In this document: piece by piece, positions 53,065 to 63,353 of the stretch | How the letters are laid out: each line of letters begins with the position of its first letter | Position numbering within the stretch: the first letter of the stretch is position 1 | Assembly: GCA_963668175.1 (NCBI GenBank) | Contig: OY764159.1 | Span: 2,880,001-2,944,000 of the forward strand | Length of the DNA: 64,000 nt | Source of the DNA: Syntrophales bacterium | GTDB lineage: Bacteria > Desulfobacterota > Syntrophia > Syntrophales > PHBD01 | Direction of reading: 5' to 3' | Notes under the pieces: generated by a model | Seen by the model: the letters and a program-made list of their open reading frames with translations, nothing else | The model's database searches: none | Told to the model about the DNA's origin: nothing | Position numbers and translations under genes: made by a program

Positions 53065-53517
53065 ATGCTTACCCAAACACCCAAAGGATTGGCGGAAATC
53101 AAAGCGGTCTTCGGTGATGCCAATGATCCGAATTTTGAGTCTAAGTATCTTCAGACCTTCGATCTTCCCTATCCTCTTCTTTACGACGGAAAGACGGTGA
53201 TGCATGCCCGATGCCACCGCCTGATTGTCGATAATTTCCTGCAGACGTTCCAGCAGATCAAGGACAGGGGGCTGACCGGCCAAGTAAAAAACTATGGCGG
53301 CATTTATCGGGTCCGGCCGAAGCAGGGACTGAGCGACCCTTCGACACATTCCTGGGGTATCGCGATTGACCTGGAACCCGCCAGATACCCGCTGGGCAGC
53401 AAAAACCGATTCTCCGGCGATGTTGTCCGGATATTCGAAGACGCCGGCTTCTTTTACGGAGGAGATTTTTCCGGAAGATTGGATCCGATGCATTTCCAGT
53501 TCTGCACGGGATATTGA
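53065..53517 (+). CDS. M15-family zinc peptidoglycan peptidase (endolysin-like)
   Basis: GGIY..R, STHSWGIAIDL, DPMHFQ. AAGGAGG RBS, no signal peptide. Confidence 0.88.
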   Translation: MLTQTPKGLAEIKAVFGDANDPNFESKYLQTFDLPYPLLYDGKTVMHARCHRLIVDNFLQTFQQIKDRGLTGQVKNYGGIYRVRPKQGLSDPSTHSWGIAIDLEPARYPLGSKNRFSGDVVRIFEDAGFFYGGDFSGRLDPMHFQFCTGY

Positions 53518-53671
53518 AAAGCGACGTATCGCCATTCCGCTGTTTTAAAGGAATGCGCCCTGAACACTGCTCTTCGCGCCGGCGATTCTCCAAGGTGTCA
53601 TCATTATCGCCATTTTCCCGGGATGCCGGCATTAGAGCAGGCGGCCTATTTTGAAAACCAGTCGGTATGAT

Positions 53672-53707
53672 AAAAAAAACGGGAACCGCACGACAGGCAA
53701 TTCCCGT
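53672..53707 (-). terminator. Intrinsic terminator downstream of the tRNA
   Basis: Minus strand ACGGGAA...TTCCCGTTTTTTTT. Confidence 0.75.
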
Positions 53708-53716
53708 AATAAATTT

Positions 53717-53804
53717 TGGTGCCTAGGGTCGGGGTCGAACCGACACGCAGCCAGGCTGCGAGGGATTTTAAGTCCCTTGCGTCTACCAATTCCGCCACCC
53801 AGGC
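53717..53804 (-). tRNA. tRNA-Leu(TAA)
   Basis: GCCTGGG acceptor pairing with CCTAGGC-ACCA, D-arm GGCGGAATTGGTAGACGC, anticodon arm AGGGA-CTTAAAA-TCCCT, long variable arm, GTTCGAC T-loop, encoded CCA. Confidence 0.97.
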
Positions 53805-54215
53805 ACGCTTATGTAATGTCCGTTATATCCGCTTTTTCCGGAAATCCCTAAAGCAATGTCTCTACTTTAAAAACGCTGGAAATACCTCCAATGACGGGTT
53901 TTTCCGGACGGATACCCGTCAGCCGGTAATGCGGGTTAATACCTTACTCCGCTTTCAATGTCAACGCCGATGGTGGCCCGGTTAGGGATGTTCTTCATCC
54001 GAAAGAATTCTTCCGCGGGGAGTTCGCCCCCCGGCATCCTATACGGGCCGTCCGTGCGAGCCGTGTCCCCGTTCGCTATGACCGGACCCCGGCAGTTTTT
54101 CATTGACCGCCGTCTCTTTTTTCGATATTTTTTATCATCTGTAGAAATAATACTCAAACGAGGAGATCCGCCAGCGGAGATTCACCAGGCGGCCTGATGT
54201 TCATGGTGCGACCAT

Positions 54216-55652
54216 ATGGAAAATCGCCGGGGGAAGAACGGCCGGAACGGCAGGACCGAACCGCCCGTGTCGGAAAGCGAACTCCTTTACAAGATCCACC
54301 TCTATGAAGCCGTTCTGAACAACATCACAAGCGGCGTCCTGATCACCGATCCCGAGGGTTACGTTATCTTCTTCAGCGAATCCTACGGGAAGTTCCTCGG
54401 GGTAGACCCCAAGGCCCAGATCGGCAAGCATACGACAGAGGTGATCGAAAACTCCCGGATGCATATCGTCGCGCAGACGGGCATCCCCGAAATCAACCAC
54501 CCCCACCGCATCATGGGGCAGGACATGGTCGTCCAGCGCCTTCCCATCCTGATCGACGGCAAGATCGCGGCCGTTTTCGGCCAGGTCATGTTCGAAGACG
54601 TCCGCGACGTCCAGCTCCTGGCGGACAAGCTGAACATCCTCGAATCGAAGGTGAAACTCTACGAGAAAGAACTCGCTAGCCTCCGCGCTTCCAAGTACAG
54701 CTGCCGCAACATCATCGGCGCGAGTTCCGTCATGCAGGAGCTTCGCCGCGTCGGTCAGCAGGCGGCGAAGGTCAATTCGCCCGTCCTGATCTCCGGCGAG
54801 TCCGGCACCGGCAAGGAGCTCTTCGCCCACGCCATCCACCGCGCGAGCGGCCGCCACCGTCAGCCTTTCGTGCGCCTCAACTGCGCCGCCATTCCCAAGG
54901 ACCTCCTGGAGGCCGAATTGTTCGGCTACGAGCCGGGGGCGTTCACCGGCGCCGGCCCTAAAAGCAAGCCCGGCAAGTTCGAAATCGCCCACCAGGGAAC
55001 GATTTTCCTCGACGAAATCAGCGATCTCCCGCTGGCGATGCAGCCGAAGCTCCTGCGAGTCCTCGAAGAAAAGATGGTCGAGCGGCTGGGGGCGAACAAG
55101 CCCGTCAAATCCGATTTCCGCCTCATTGCGGCGACGAACGAAAAACTGGAGGACTGCGTAAAGAAAGGGACTTTCCGCAAGGACCTCTACTATCGCCTGA
55201 ACGTTATCCCCATCAACATTCCGCCCCTCAGGGAACGCAAGGAAGACATACCGCTTATCGCGCGCCACCTCCTCCAGAACCTCTGCAAGGATTTCGGCCT
55301 TATGCACAGGCAGATATCCCCGGAGGTCATGAAGATCCTGGAAAGCAACGACTGGCCCGGCAACGTCCGGGAGCTTTCCAACGTCCTGGAAAGAACCCTT
55401 TCCCTCATGGATGAAAACGAAAACATCATCCGCGCGGAACACCTGCCCCTCTTCTTCCGGAGCCTAAGCGAACGGTCGCATCCCTCTCAAACCCAGGGCC
55501 TCAAGGACCTGCGACAGTCCACGGAGCGCGACGCCCTCCTGCACGCCATCCGCCTGGCCAACAACAACAAGAATCAGGCGGCCCGGATTCTCGGCATTCA
55601 CCGCACCGCCCTGTACAAAAAAATGAAGAAGTTCGATCTGGCACTGAATTAA
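54216..55652 (+). CDS. PAS-containing sigma-54-dependent transcriptional activator
   Basis: PAS, GESGTGKE, GAFTGA, FLDEI, WPGNVREL, Fis HTH. Confidence 0.96.
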   Translation: MENRRGKNGRNGRTEPPVSESELLYKIHLYEAVLNNITSGVLITDPEGYVIFFSESYGKFLGVDPKAQIGKHTTEVIENSRMHIVAQTGIPEINHPHRIMGQDMVVQRLPILIDGKIAAVFGQVMFEDVRDVQLLADKLNILESKVKLYEKELASLRASKYSCRNIIGASSVMQELRRVGQQAAKVNSPVLISGESGTGKELFAHAIHRASGRHRQPFVRLNCAAIPKDLLEAELFGYEPGAFTGAGPKSKPGKFEIAHQGTIFLDEISDLPLAMQPKLLRVLEEKMVERLGANKPVKSDFRLIAATNEKLEDCVKKGTFRKDLYYRLNVIPINIPPLRERKEDIPLIARHLLQNLCKDFGLMHRQISPEVMKILESNDWPGNVRELSNVLERTLSLMDENENIIRAEHLPLFFRSLSERSHPSQTQGLKDLRQSTERDALLHAIRLANNNKNQAARILGIHRTALYKKMKKFDLALN

Positions 55653-55663
55653 ATGCTTCAATC

Positions 55664-55769
55664 TATAGACTGTTGGCTACATGTAGACAACTGTCTACAA
55701 CGCTTGCAATACCATTGAATTTATAACATTATTTTCTTTCCTTCGACATTTTGTAGACGATGATCTACA
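55664..55769. promoter_or_regulatory. Three upstream activator sites TGTAGAC-N4-GTCTACA
   Basis: TATAGACTGTTGGCTACA (55664-81), TGTAGACAACTGTCTACA (55682-99), TGTAGACGATGATCTACA (55752-69). Confidence 0.8.
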
Positions 55770-55849
55770 TCTCTGTTTTCCCCGCGTACTCGCCCTATAA
55801 TATATCTAATAAATACGGAGCATTGGCGACAGGATACACCTATATATTT

Positions 55850-55865
55850 TGGCACGCATATTGCC
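55850..55865 (+). promoter_or_regulatory. Sigma-54 (-24/-12) promoter
   Basis: TGGCACGCATATTGCC matches the TGGCACG-N4-TTGC consensus. Confidence 0.92.
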
Positions 55866-56002
55866 ATTGCAACCGTAAGCGCATCATATTCGTCTTTCTT
55901 ACATCAAAAATACAATCGAAAGGAGGTGCAGACGCCACGCACAAGCGGTCACGTTAGTCACGGTGACACTTCATGATTCCAGAATAGGAGGTAAGAGCTA
56001 AA

Positions 56003-57301
56003 ATGAGCGATCAAACAACGCAGGTAAAATCATCCCACGTCAAGGTCGCAACGGCCAGTCTCATCGGAACGTCCATCGAATGGTACGATTTCTTTATTTA
56101 CGGGACAGCCGCTGCGCTCGTCTTCAATAAACTCTTTTTCCCAAAAATGGATCCCATGACCGGCACGCTGGCGGCCTTCGCAACGTACGCCGTGGGCTTC
56201 GCCGCCCGTCCCCTGGGAGGTTTCGTCTTCGGTCATTACGGAGACCGGATCGGACGCAAGACGATGCTTTATCTGACCCTGTTGATCATGGGTCTCGCAA
56301 CGTTCGGCATCGGCCTTCTGCCCACGTATGATTCCGTCGGTCTCGCAGCGCCCCTGATGCTGATCGGCCTGCGCCTCTGCCAGGGATTTGCCCTCGGCGG
56401 CGAGTGGGGAGGCGCGGTGCTCATGGCCGTGGAACATGCACCGGACAACCGCCGCGGCTTCTACGGCAGTTGGCCGCAGCTCGGAGCGCCCCTGGGGCTC
56501 GTTCTCGGCACCATGGTTTTCACCGCCATCGCGGCCATGGTGAGCGATACGGATTTCATGGCCTGGGGCTGGCGCGTTCCCTTCCTGATCAGCATTGTGC
56601 TGGTCGTCGTCGGCCTGTACATCCGGGGCCGGCTCGCCGAATCGCCGCAGTTCCAGAAGATCAAAGACATGAAGATGGAAGTGAAGATGCCCATCATCGA
56701 GTCGATCAAGAAGCATCCCAAAGAGATCCTTCTCGCCATGGGCGCCCGTTTTGCAGAGAACGGGTTTTTCTACATCTACGCGGTCTTTGTCATGATGTAC
56801 GCGACGCAGGCCCTGGGCATGCCCCGCCAGTCGATCCTCAACGGCGTCATGATCGCGGCCTTCATCGAGGTCTTTTCGATCCCCGCATTCGGCCTCCTTT
56901 CCGACAAGGTCGGCCGCCGGCCCGTGTACATCTTCGGAGCGGTCTTCTCGGCCATCATGTCCTTCCCCCTCTTCGCCCTGATGAACACGAAAATAGCCTA
57001 CCTGGGATGGATCGGCATCATTCTGGGTCTCGCCGTCGGCCATGCGGCCATGTACGGCCCGCAGGCGAGCTTCCTTTCGGAGATGTTCGGAACGAAGGTC
57101 CGCTACAGCGGCGTCTCCTTAGGCTATAACCTGGCTTCCATCTTCGCCGGCGCCCTGTCCCCGCTGATCGGCACCTGGCTCCTCATGACGTACAAACCCT
57201 CTACTTATCCCATTTCGCTCTACATGATCACCCTGGCCCTGATCACGGTGGTGTCCGTATATTTCGCCATAGAGTCGCACAGGCGAACGGCGGAGTATTA
57301 G
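56003..57301 (+). CDS. MFS metabolite:H+ symporter (MHS/ShiA family)
   Basis: GTSIEWYDFFIYG, ARPLGG..FGHYGDRIGRK, GGEWGGA, WGWRVPFL, SDKVGRR. Confidence 0.95.
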   Translation: MSDQTTQVKSSHVKVATASLIGTSIEWYDFFIYGTAAALVFNKLFFPKMDPMTGTLAAFATYAVGFAARPLGGFVFGHYGDRIGRKTMLYLTLLIMGLATFGIGLLPTYDSVGLAAPLMLIGLRLCQGFALGGEWGGAVLMAVEHAPDNRRGFYGSWPQLGAPLGLVLGTMVFTAIAAMVSDTDFMAWGWRVPFLISIVLVVVGLYIRGRLAESPQFQKIKDMKMEVKMPIIESIKKHPKEILLAMGARFAENGFFYIYAVFVMMYATQALGMPRQSILNGVMIAAFIEVFSIPAFGLLSDKVGRRPVYIFGAVFSAIMSFPLFALMNTKIAYLGWIGIILGLAVGHAAMYGPQASFLSEMFGTKVRYSGVSLGYNLASIFAGALSPLIGTWLLMTYKPSTYPISLYMITLALITVVSVYFAIESHRRTAEY

Positions 57302-57460
57302 CGTGTGAACGTCGGGAGGGGGGGACCTGAATCCCCTCCCCTCCCGCATTTATCCCTTCGATCTTGGTTCTCCTTGAAATCGCTGCGTTTGCGACGCGGC
57401 GGCAACGGGGTGGTCTATTCAAAAAAAACGGACGCACAAAAGCAGATAAGGAGAAGCGAA

Positions 57461-58330
57461 ATGGCAAAGAAATCAGCAGGGAAACGGGGAATCGATCTGG
57501 AGTCGCCCGATATCAGGAAATCGGAAATCCTGATCGTCAAAGACGATTACTTCAAGCCGGAATTCGTCTGTCTGGTCACGGGGGCAGCCAGCGGAATCGG
57601 CAGGGCCACCGCCCTGGCCTGCTCGGCCAACGGCCTGACCGTCGCGGCCCTTGACGTGGACGAAGCCGGCGGCAGAGAAACCGTGGAGTTGGCAAAGAAG
57701 ATGGGCGGCCGGGTTCAGTTCGTCAAATCCGATCTGACCAGCGACGCGAGCATCGAAAACTGCGTCAGACAATCGGCCAAGATGGGGAGCATCAAATTCC
57801 TCGCCAACATCGCAGGGCTGCAGCACATCGACGCAATCGAGAATTTCCCCATGGCCAGGTACGACCTGATGCAGACGATTATGCTGCGCGCCCCGTTCTA
57901 CCTCTCCAAGCTCGTCATCCCCCACATCAAAAAAAGCAGGGACGGCGTCGGCGCCATCGGCAACATGGCATCGATCCACGCCCATATCTGCACGATGAAC
58001 AAGCCGGTGTACAACATCACCAAGTTCGGTCTGCGGGGCCTCACGCAGTCCATCGCCGCCGAAGGCGAGGGAAAGATCCGGTCCTTTTCCGTCAGCACGG
58101 GTTTCATCAAGACGCCGCTCGCGCTGAAACAGATTCCCGACCAGGCGAAGCAGCGCGGCATTTCCGAAGAATCGGTCGTCGTCGATGTCATGCTCGGCAA
58201 ATCGAGGGTCAAGGAGATGATGAGCCCCGTCGAAGTGGCCAATCTCTTCGTCTTCGGCTTCTCGAAGCACGGTAAATACCTCGTCGGCAGCGATCTCCTC
58301 TTCGACGGCGGCGTCGTCAAAACCTACTAG
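57461..58330 (+). CDS. bdhA: D-3-hydroxybutyrate dehydrogenase (SDR)
   Basis: TGAASGIG, NIAGLQH..IENFP, ASIH, NK..YNITK, TPL..KQI: the substrate-binding Q/H/K/Q residues typical of HBDH. Confidence 0.8.
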   Translation: MAKKSAGKRGIDLESPDIRKSEILIVKDDYFKPEFVCLVTGAASGIGRATALACSANGLTVAALDVDEAGGRETVELAKKMGGRVQFVKSDLTSDASIENCVRQSAKMGSIKFLANIAGLQHIDAIENFPMARYDLMQTIMLRAPFYLSKLVIPHIKKSRDGVGAIGNMASIHAHICTMNKPVYNITKFGLRGLTQSIAAEGEGKIRSFSVSTGFIKTPLALKQIPDQAKQRGISEESVVVDVMLGKSRVKEMMSPVEVANLFVFGFSKHGKYLVGSDLLFDGGVVKTY

Positions 58331-58368
58331 ACCGTGAGCATTCACTGCCAAAAAGGAGGGCTATCTTT

Positions 58369-59274
58369 ATGAAGAAACCTTTCCGGAAAGTCGCCGTGGT
58401 CGGCACAGGCGTTCTGGGGACCCAGATCGCCATGCTGGCCGCCAACGCGGGCTACGGGGTCAAGGTCTACGATCCCGTCGCCGGGGCCTTCGATGCGACA
58501 TACAGGAAAATCCATGCCGATCTCAAGGCCAAGAAGGCCTCCCCCTTGATCCCCTGGGCAAAATGGGAGAAGGTGCGCAAATCCGTTGTGCATGAGACCG
58601 ACCTCGCCTCCGTCGTGAAGGATGCCGATCTCGTCGTCGAGGCCGTCCCCGAGATCCTCGATCTCAAGAAGAAAGTCTGGACGGACCTGGGAAAAATGGC
58701 GAAACCCGGGGCGATCCTGGCCACTAACAGCTCGTCGATGCCCGTTTCCAAGATGGAAAAGAGCGGAGGCCGTCTGAAGGACAGCCTGAACATCCATTTC
58801 TACTTCCCCCTCCAGGGCGTCAATATGGTCGACATCATGGGGGGCTCGAAGACCGACCGCGCCGTTTACGACAAGGGCGCTGCCTGGATCGTCTCTTTGG
58901 GCTGCATCCCCCTCAAGGTCAGGAAAGAAATCCTCGGTTTCTGCTTCAACCGCGTCTGGCGCGCCATCAAGCGCGAAACGCTCTATATGTGGGGCAACGG
59001 CTTCGTCGATTTCAGGGATACCGACCGGGCCTGGCGGGTTTTCACAGGCATGAGGGAAGGTCCCTTCGCCCTGATGGACAAGGTCGGTCTCGACGTCATT
59101 TACGACATCGAGATGGTCTACTATAAAGAATCGAAGGACCCGAAGGACAAGCCGCCCGACGCCCTGCTCAAGATGATCAAACGGGGCGAACTCGGCGTGA
59201 AGAGCGGCAAGGGTTTCTACACCTACCCGAACCCCGAATTCCTCCGCGCCGATTTCATGAAGCCGAAGAAATGA
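58369..59274 (+). CDS. 3-hydroxyacyl-CoA dehydrogenase family protein
   Basis: VVGTGVLG, VVEAVPE..LK, ATNSSS, IHF, GFCFNR, GPF.LMD.VGLD, G.KSGKGFY. Confidence 0.93.
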   Translation: MKKPFRKVAVVGTGVLGTQIAMLAANAGYGVKVYDPVAGAFDATYRKIHADLKAKKASPLIPWAKWEKVRKSVVHETDLASVVKDADLVVEAVPEILDLKKKVWTDLGKMAKPGAILATNSSSMPVSKMEKSGGRLKDSLNIHFYFPLQGVNMVDIMGGSKTDRAVYDKGAAWIVSLGCIPLKVRKEILGFCFNRVWRAIKRETLYMWGNGFVDFRDTDRAWRVFTGMREGPFALMDKVGLDVIYDIEMVYYKESKDPKDKPPDALLKMIKRGELGVKSGKGFYTYPNPEFLRADFMKPKK

Positions 59275-59293
59275 GACGACGACCAGATAACCG

Positions 59294-59331
59294 AAAGGGG
59301 CCGGCCGTGCGAACAGCCGGCCTTTTTCTTT
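59294..59331 (+). terminator. Intrinsic terminator ending the sigma-54 operon
   Basis: GGCCGGC...GCCGGCC followed by TTTTTCTTT. Confidence 0.75.
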
Positions 59332-59565
59332 GGTTCAAGCCCTTTTCCCGAAATCGCCCGCGGCCTCCCGTATGGCGGATTAACCGGCGGCACCGCAAGG
59401 CATATAAGACGAAACGTCGCATATGTTCCCGTTACCTGTGTGACATTAGGCCTTTACTTCAAGGCGCCGATAGATTATGACTGTTGTCGTTTCCACAGGG
59501 GCCGGACTTTCCGGAAGCATCTGCCGGGAACGGACACCCTATAGTCCCCAGGAGGAAAGATCACG

Positions 59566-60891
59566 ATGCGGGAAGTCGATATCCTCATTACGGGAGGCAC
59601 GGTCCTCACCCTCGATAAGTCCGATACGGTCATCGTTTCCGGGGCCGTCGCCGTCGACGGTGACAAGATATTGGACGTCGGGGAGAACGCCGCCGTCCGC
59701 AGCCGCTACATCGGCCAGACGGTGATCGACGCCGGACGGTCCGTCGTCATGCCCGGCCTCGTCAACGCCCACACCCACGCCGCCATGACCTGCTTCCGCG
59801 GCATCGCCGACGACATGGACCTCATGGACTGGCTGAACAACTACATCTTTCCCGCCGAGGCGAAGAACGTCAACCCGGAGCTGGCCTACTGGGGCAGTCT
59901 CCTGGGCTGCGCCGAGATGATCAAGTCCGGCACGACGACCTTCTGCGACATGTACATCTTCGAAGACGAGACGGCCCGGGCTGCCAGGAAGGCGGGCATG
60001 CGCTGCCTCCTGGGGGAGGTCCTCTTCGACTTCCCGTCGCCGAACGTCAAATCGCCAACCGAGGGTCTGGCTTATACGCGCATGCTCCTCGAAAAATGGG
60101 CCCATGACCCCCTCGTCAACATCATCGTCGAGCCCCACTCCCTTTACACGTGCGCCCCTGTCCTCCTGCGGGACGCCAGGACCCTGGCGAACGCCTACGA
60201 CGTCCCCATCGGCACCCATCTTCTCGAAAACACGAGCGAACGCGAGCTTATTATATCGAAACTCGGCTGCGACCCGATGGTGTTCCTGAAAGAGGCCGGA
60301 TACCTGGACAGCCGATTCCTGGCCTTCCACGGCGTCTATATGACGGACGACGACATCCGCATCTTCGCCGACTGCGGCGCCAAGGTCGTCCACAACCCCG
60401 AAAGCAACATGAAGCTGGCCTCGGGCGTCGCCCCCGTATCGAGGATGGTCGACGCCGGCGTCACCGTCGGCCTCGGCACCGACGGCTGCGCCAGCAACAA
60501 CAACCTCGACCTGTTCCAGGAGATGGACACGGCGGCGAAACTGGAAAAGTCGGTCCGTCTCGATCCCAAGGTCATGTCCGCCCGGACCGTCCTTCGGATG
60601 GCGACCTGCGACGGGGCCCGGGCGCTGGGCCTCGACGGCATCACGGGCACGCTTGAGCCGGGCAAGAAGGCGGACATCGCCGTCGTCGGCATGAGGCGCC
60701 CCCACCTCACGCCCATGTACAATGCCTATTCCCATCTCGTCTACGCCGTCTCCGGCCACGACGTGGAGACCGTCCTCATCGACGGGCGGATTGTCATGAA
60801 GGACCGGAAGCTCCTCACGATCGACGAGGAGGAGGCCATGGACCGCGTGAACGCCATCGCCGAACGCGTCAGGAAAAGCCTGGAGGTTTAA
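59566..60891 (+). CDS. mtaD: Amidohydrolase, MTA/SAH deaminase-like, copy 1
   Basis: MPGLVNAHTH, RGIADD..LMDWL, SGTTTFCDMY, HLLE, HNPESNMKLASG, GLGTDG.ASNN.LD. Confidence 0.75.
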   Translation: MREVDILITGGTVLTLDKSDTVIVSGAVAVDGDKILDVGENAAVRSRYIGQTVIDAGRSVVMPGLVNAHTHAAMTCFRGIADDMDLMDWLNNYIFPAEAKNVNPELAYWGSLLGCAEMIKSGTTTFCDMYIFEDETARAARKAGMRCLLGEVLFDFPSPNVKSPTEGLAYTRMLLEKWAHDPLVNIIVEPHSLYTCAPVLLRDARTLANAYDVPIGTHLLENTSERELIISKLGCDPMVFLKEAGYLDSRFLAFHGVYMTDDDIRIFADCGAKVVHNPESNMKLASGVAPVSRMVDAGVTVGLGTDGCASNNNLDLFQEMDTAAKLEKSVRLDPKVMSARTVLRMATCDGARALGLDGITGTLEPGKKADIAVVGMRRPHLTPMYNAYSHLVYAVSGHDVETVLIDGRIVMKDRKLLTIDEEEAMDRVNAIAERVRKSLEV

Positions 60892-60897
60892 GAAGAG

Positions 60898-62223
60898 ATG
60901 CCCGACGCCCCTTACGACATTCTGATTCACGGCGGCACGGTCCTCACGATGACCGAAGACCGGAAGATCGTCGGCGACGCCCTCGTGGCCGTCAGGGACG
61001 GCAAAATCGTCTCCGTGGAAATTGGAGACCCGAAAAAGCCCTTCCCCGAAGCGGTCGAGACGATCGACGCGACAGGCTGCATCGTCATGCCCGGCCTCGT
61101 CAACAGCCACACGCACGTGCCGATGGTCTGCTTCCGGGGGCTGGCGGACGACCTGCCCCTCATGGACTGGCTCAACAACCACATCTTCCCCGCCGAGGCG
61201 CGCTTCGTCAACCGGGAGATGGTCTACGCCGGGGCCATGCTCGCCTGCGCCGAGATGATCCTGTCGGGGACCACGACCTTCTGCGACAGTTACTTCTACG
61301 AAAGCGCCGTCGCGCAGGCGGCCCTGGATTCCGGAATGCGGGCCGTCGTCGCCCAGGGGTTCATCGACGCCCCCGTCATGGAGGGGAACGACCCGGGAAA
61401 ACAACGGGCCGTGGCGGAGAAATTCGCCGAACGCTGGAGCGGTCGTGGGCCGCTTCTCACCCCCGCCTTCTTCTGCCATTCGCCCTATACCTGCACGCCC
61501 GCGACGTTCCGGACCGTCAAGGAGGCCGCCCGGCAGGCCCGCGTGCCGTACCTCACCCACCTGCTCGAAACGAAGGAAGAGATCGACATCGTCCGGAACC
61601 GCCACGGCAAGGCCCCTCTCGAATTCCTCGTCGATCTCGGCGTGATGGACGAGGGAACCATCGCCGTTCATTGCGAATGGCTCGCCGAAGACGATATCGA
61701 CACCCTGGCCCGCCTGGGCGTCAAAGTCGCCCACACGCCCGAAAGCAACATGAAGCTGGCCAGCGGCATCACGCCGGTCCCGGCTCTGCTCCGGAAGGGT
61801 GTCCCGGTGGGTCTCGGCACCGACGGCTGCGCCAGCAACAACGACCTGGACATGTTCCGGGAGATGGACACGGCCGCCAAGGTCCACAAGCTGGTCAATG
61901 CAAACCCGACCGTGATGGACGCCGAAACGGTCGTGAAAACGGCGACCCTGGGAGGCGCCCGCGTCCTGGGCCTTGACCGGTGGATCGGAACCATCGAGGC
62001 GGGAAAAATGGCCGACATCATTATCGTCGATATGAACAAGCCCCACCTGACGCCGCTTTACAACGTCTGTTCCAACCTGGTCTACGCCGCTTCCGGCGCC
62101 GACGTTGCAACGAGCATCATCAACGGCCGCGTCGTCATGAAGGACCGGCGTCTCACCACCCTGGACGTATCTGCCGTCATGGAGGACGTCAAAAAAATAG
62201 CGTTTGACATCGCCCGAGGTTAG
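60898..62223 (+). CDS. mtaD: Amidohydrolase, MTA/SAH deaminase-like, copy 2
   Basis: Same motifs (NSHTH, HSPYTC, HLLET, HTPESNMKLASG, GTDG). Confidence 0.75.
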   Translation: MPDAPYDILIHGGTVLTMTEDRKIVGDALVAVRDGKIVSVEIGDPKKPFPEAVETIDATGCIVMPGLVNSHTHVPMVCFRGLADDLPLMDWLNNHIFPAEARFVNREMVYAGAMLACAEMILSGTTTFCDSYFYESAVAQAALDSGMRAVVAQGFIDAPVMEGNDPGKQRAVAEKFAERWSGRGPLLTPAFFCHSPYTCTPATFRTVKEAARQARVPYLTHLLETKEEIDIVRNRHGKAPLEFLVDLGVMDEGTIAVHCEWLAEDDIDTLARLGVKVAHTPESNMKLASGITPVPALLRKGVPVGLGTDGCASNNDLDMFREMDTAAKVHKLVNANPTVMDAETVVKTATLGGARVLGLDRWIGTIEAGKMADIIIVDMNKPHLTPLYNVCSNLVYAASGADVATSIINGRVVMKDRRLTTLDVSAVMEDVKKIAFDIARG

Positions 62224-62366
62224 GCATTAAAATACCGAAGCTTTTTGAGAAAGACGGGATCCACGGTATGTACTCTGATGTTCAAGACGGCCCCGGACGC
62301 CTGCCGCCATGCTCGCTGTATCCTGAAGTAAGAACGCTTTAAAACCAAGACGACGAGGAGGTCGCT

Positions 62367-63353
62367 ATGGCCGCAGGGACATCGGGAATCCTTTTGGAAT
62401 CCGGCACAAACGAACTGGAGATCATCGAACTTTTCATCGAAGAGGAGGGGTACAGGGGTTACTACGGCGTCAACGTCGCCAAAGTCCTGGAGATCATCAA
62501 TATCCCCGACAAGATCATCATCCCCCCCAACACGGCATCGTTTGTGAGAGGTGTGTTCAATCACCGCGGCAAGGTCATCATGCTCATCGACCTCGCCAAG
62601 TGGCTGGGTAGAAAACGGATCGAAACGGACCACCCGACGGTCCTCATTACCGAATTCAACCAGGTCACGTCATCCTTCCTCGTTTCAGGCGTCACGCGAA
62701 TCCACCGGACGTCATGGTCGAACATCAAACCCATGGACGGGTATCTCCAGGGCTTCAGTTCGGTGCTCACCGGCGTCGTCCTTCTGGAAGGCCGCACCGT
62801 CTTCATGCTGGACCTGGAAAGGGTCCTTGGCGATCTTCAGCCGGATCTGGCCATGCCTCTCCCCGAGAAAGCCACCGGCGAAGACTGGCTGGAGGGTGTA
62901 GCCCTGGAAACCCCCGTCGAAGTTCCGGAAGGCGCCGTTGTCCGGAAAGTCCTCCATGCCGACGATTCGTCGATGATCCGCCGGGCCACGAAGGCGACCC
63001 TGGAAGACACGAAGGAATTCGCCGTCACGTCGATGGTGGACGGAAAAATGGCGTGGGATTGGCTCAACGAGATGAAGAAGACGGCACAGAGCGCGAATCA
63101 GCCGATAACCGATTATGTCGATATCGTCCTTACCGATATCGAAATGCCGGAGATGGACGGCTACAGCCTCTGCTCGAAAATCAAGAACGATCCGGAACTC
63201 AAGGCCCTGCCCGTGGTCCTGTTTTCGTCGCTGATCACGGACAAGCTTATCCATAAGGGCGAATCCGTCGGCGCGGACATGCAGCTTGCGAAGCCGCACC
63301 CCCAGGAGTTGATCTCCGCCGTAAAGCAAATGGTGGCGATAAAGAACCTGTAA
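62367..63353 (+). CDS. cheV: Chemotaxis protein CheV (CheW-REC)
   Basis: ILLESGTNELEI, YGVNVAKVLEII, ITEFN, RIHR.SW, LTDIEMPEMDG, PVVLFSSL. Confidence 0.95.
   Translation: MAAGTSGILLESGTNELEIIELFIEEEGYRGYYGVNVAKVLEIINIPDKIIIPPNTASFVRGVFNHRGKVIMLIDLAKWLGRKRIETDHPTVLITEFNQVTSSFLVSGVTRIHRTSWSNIKPMDGYLQGFSSVLTGVVLLEGRTVFMLDLERVLGDLQPDLAMPLPEKATGEDWLEGVALETPVEVPEGAVVRKVLHADDSSMIRRATKATLEDTKEFAVTSMVDGKMAWDWLNEMKKTAQSANQPITDYVDIVLTDIEMPEMDGYSLCSKIKNDPELKALPVVLFSSLITDKLIHKGESVGADMQLAKPHPQELISAVKQMVAIKNL

Noticed and set aside
53000..53804. Intact prophage or ICE at tRNA-Leu
   Set aside because: No integrase, structural genes or duplicated tRNA 3' end were seen.
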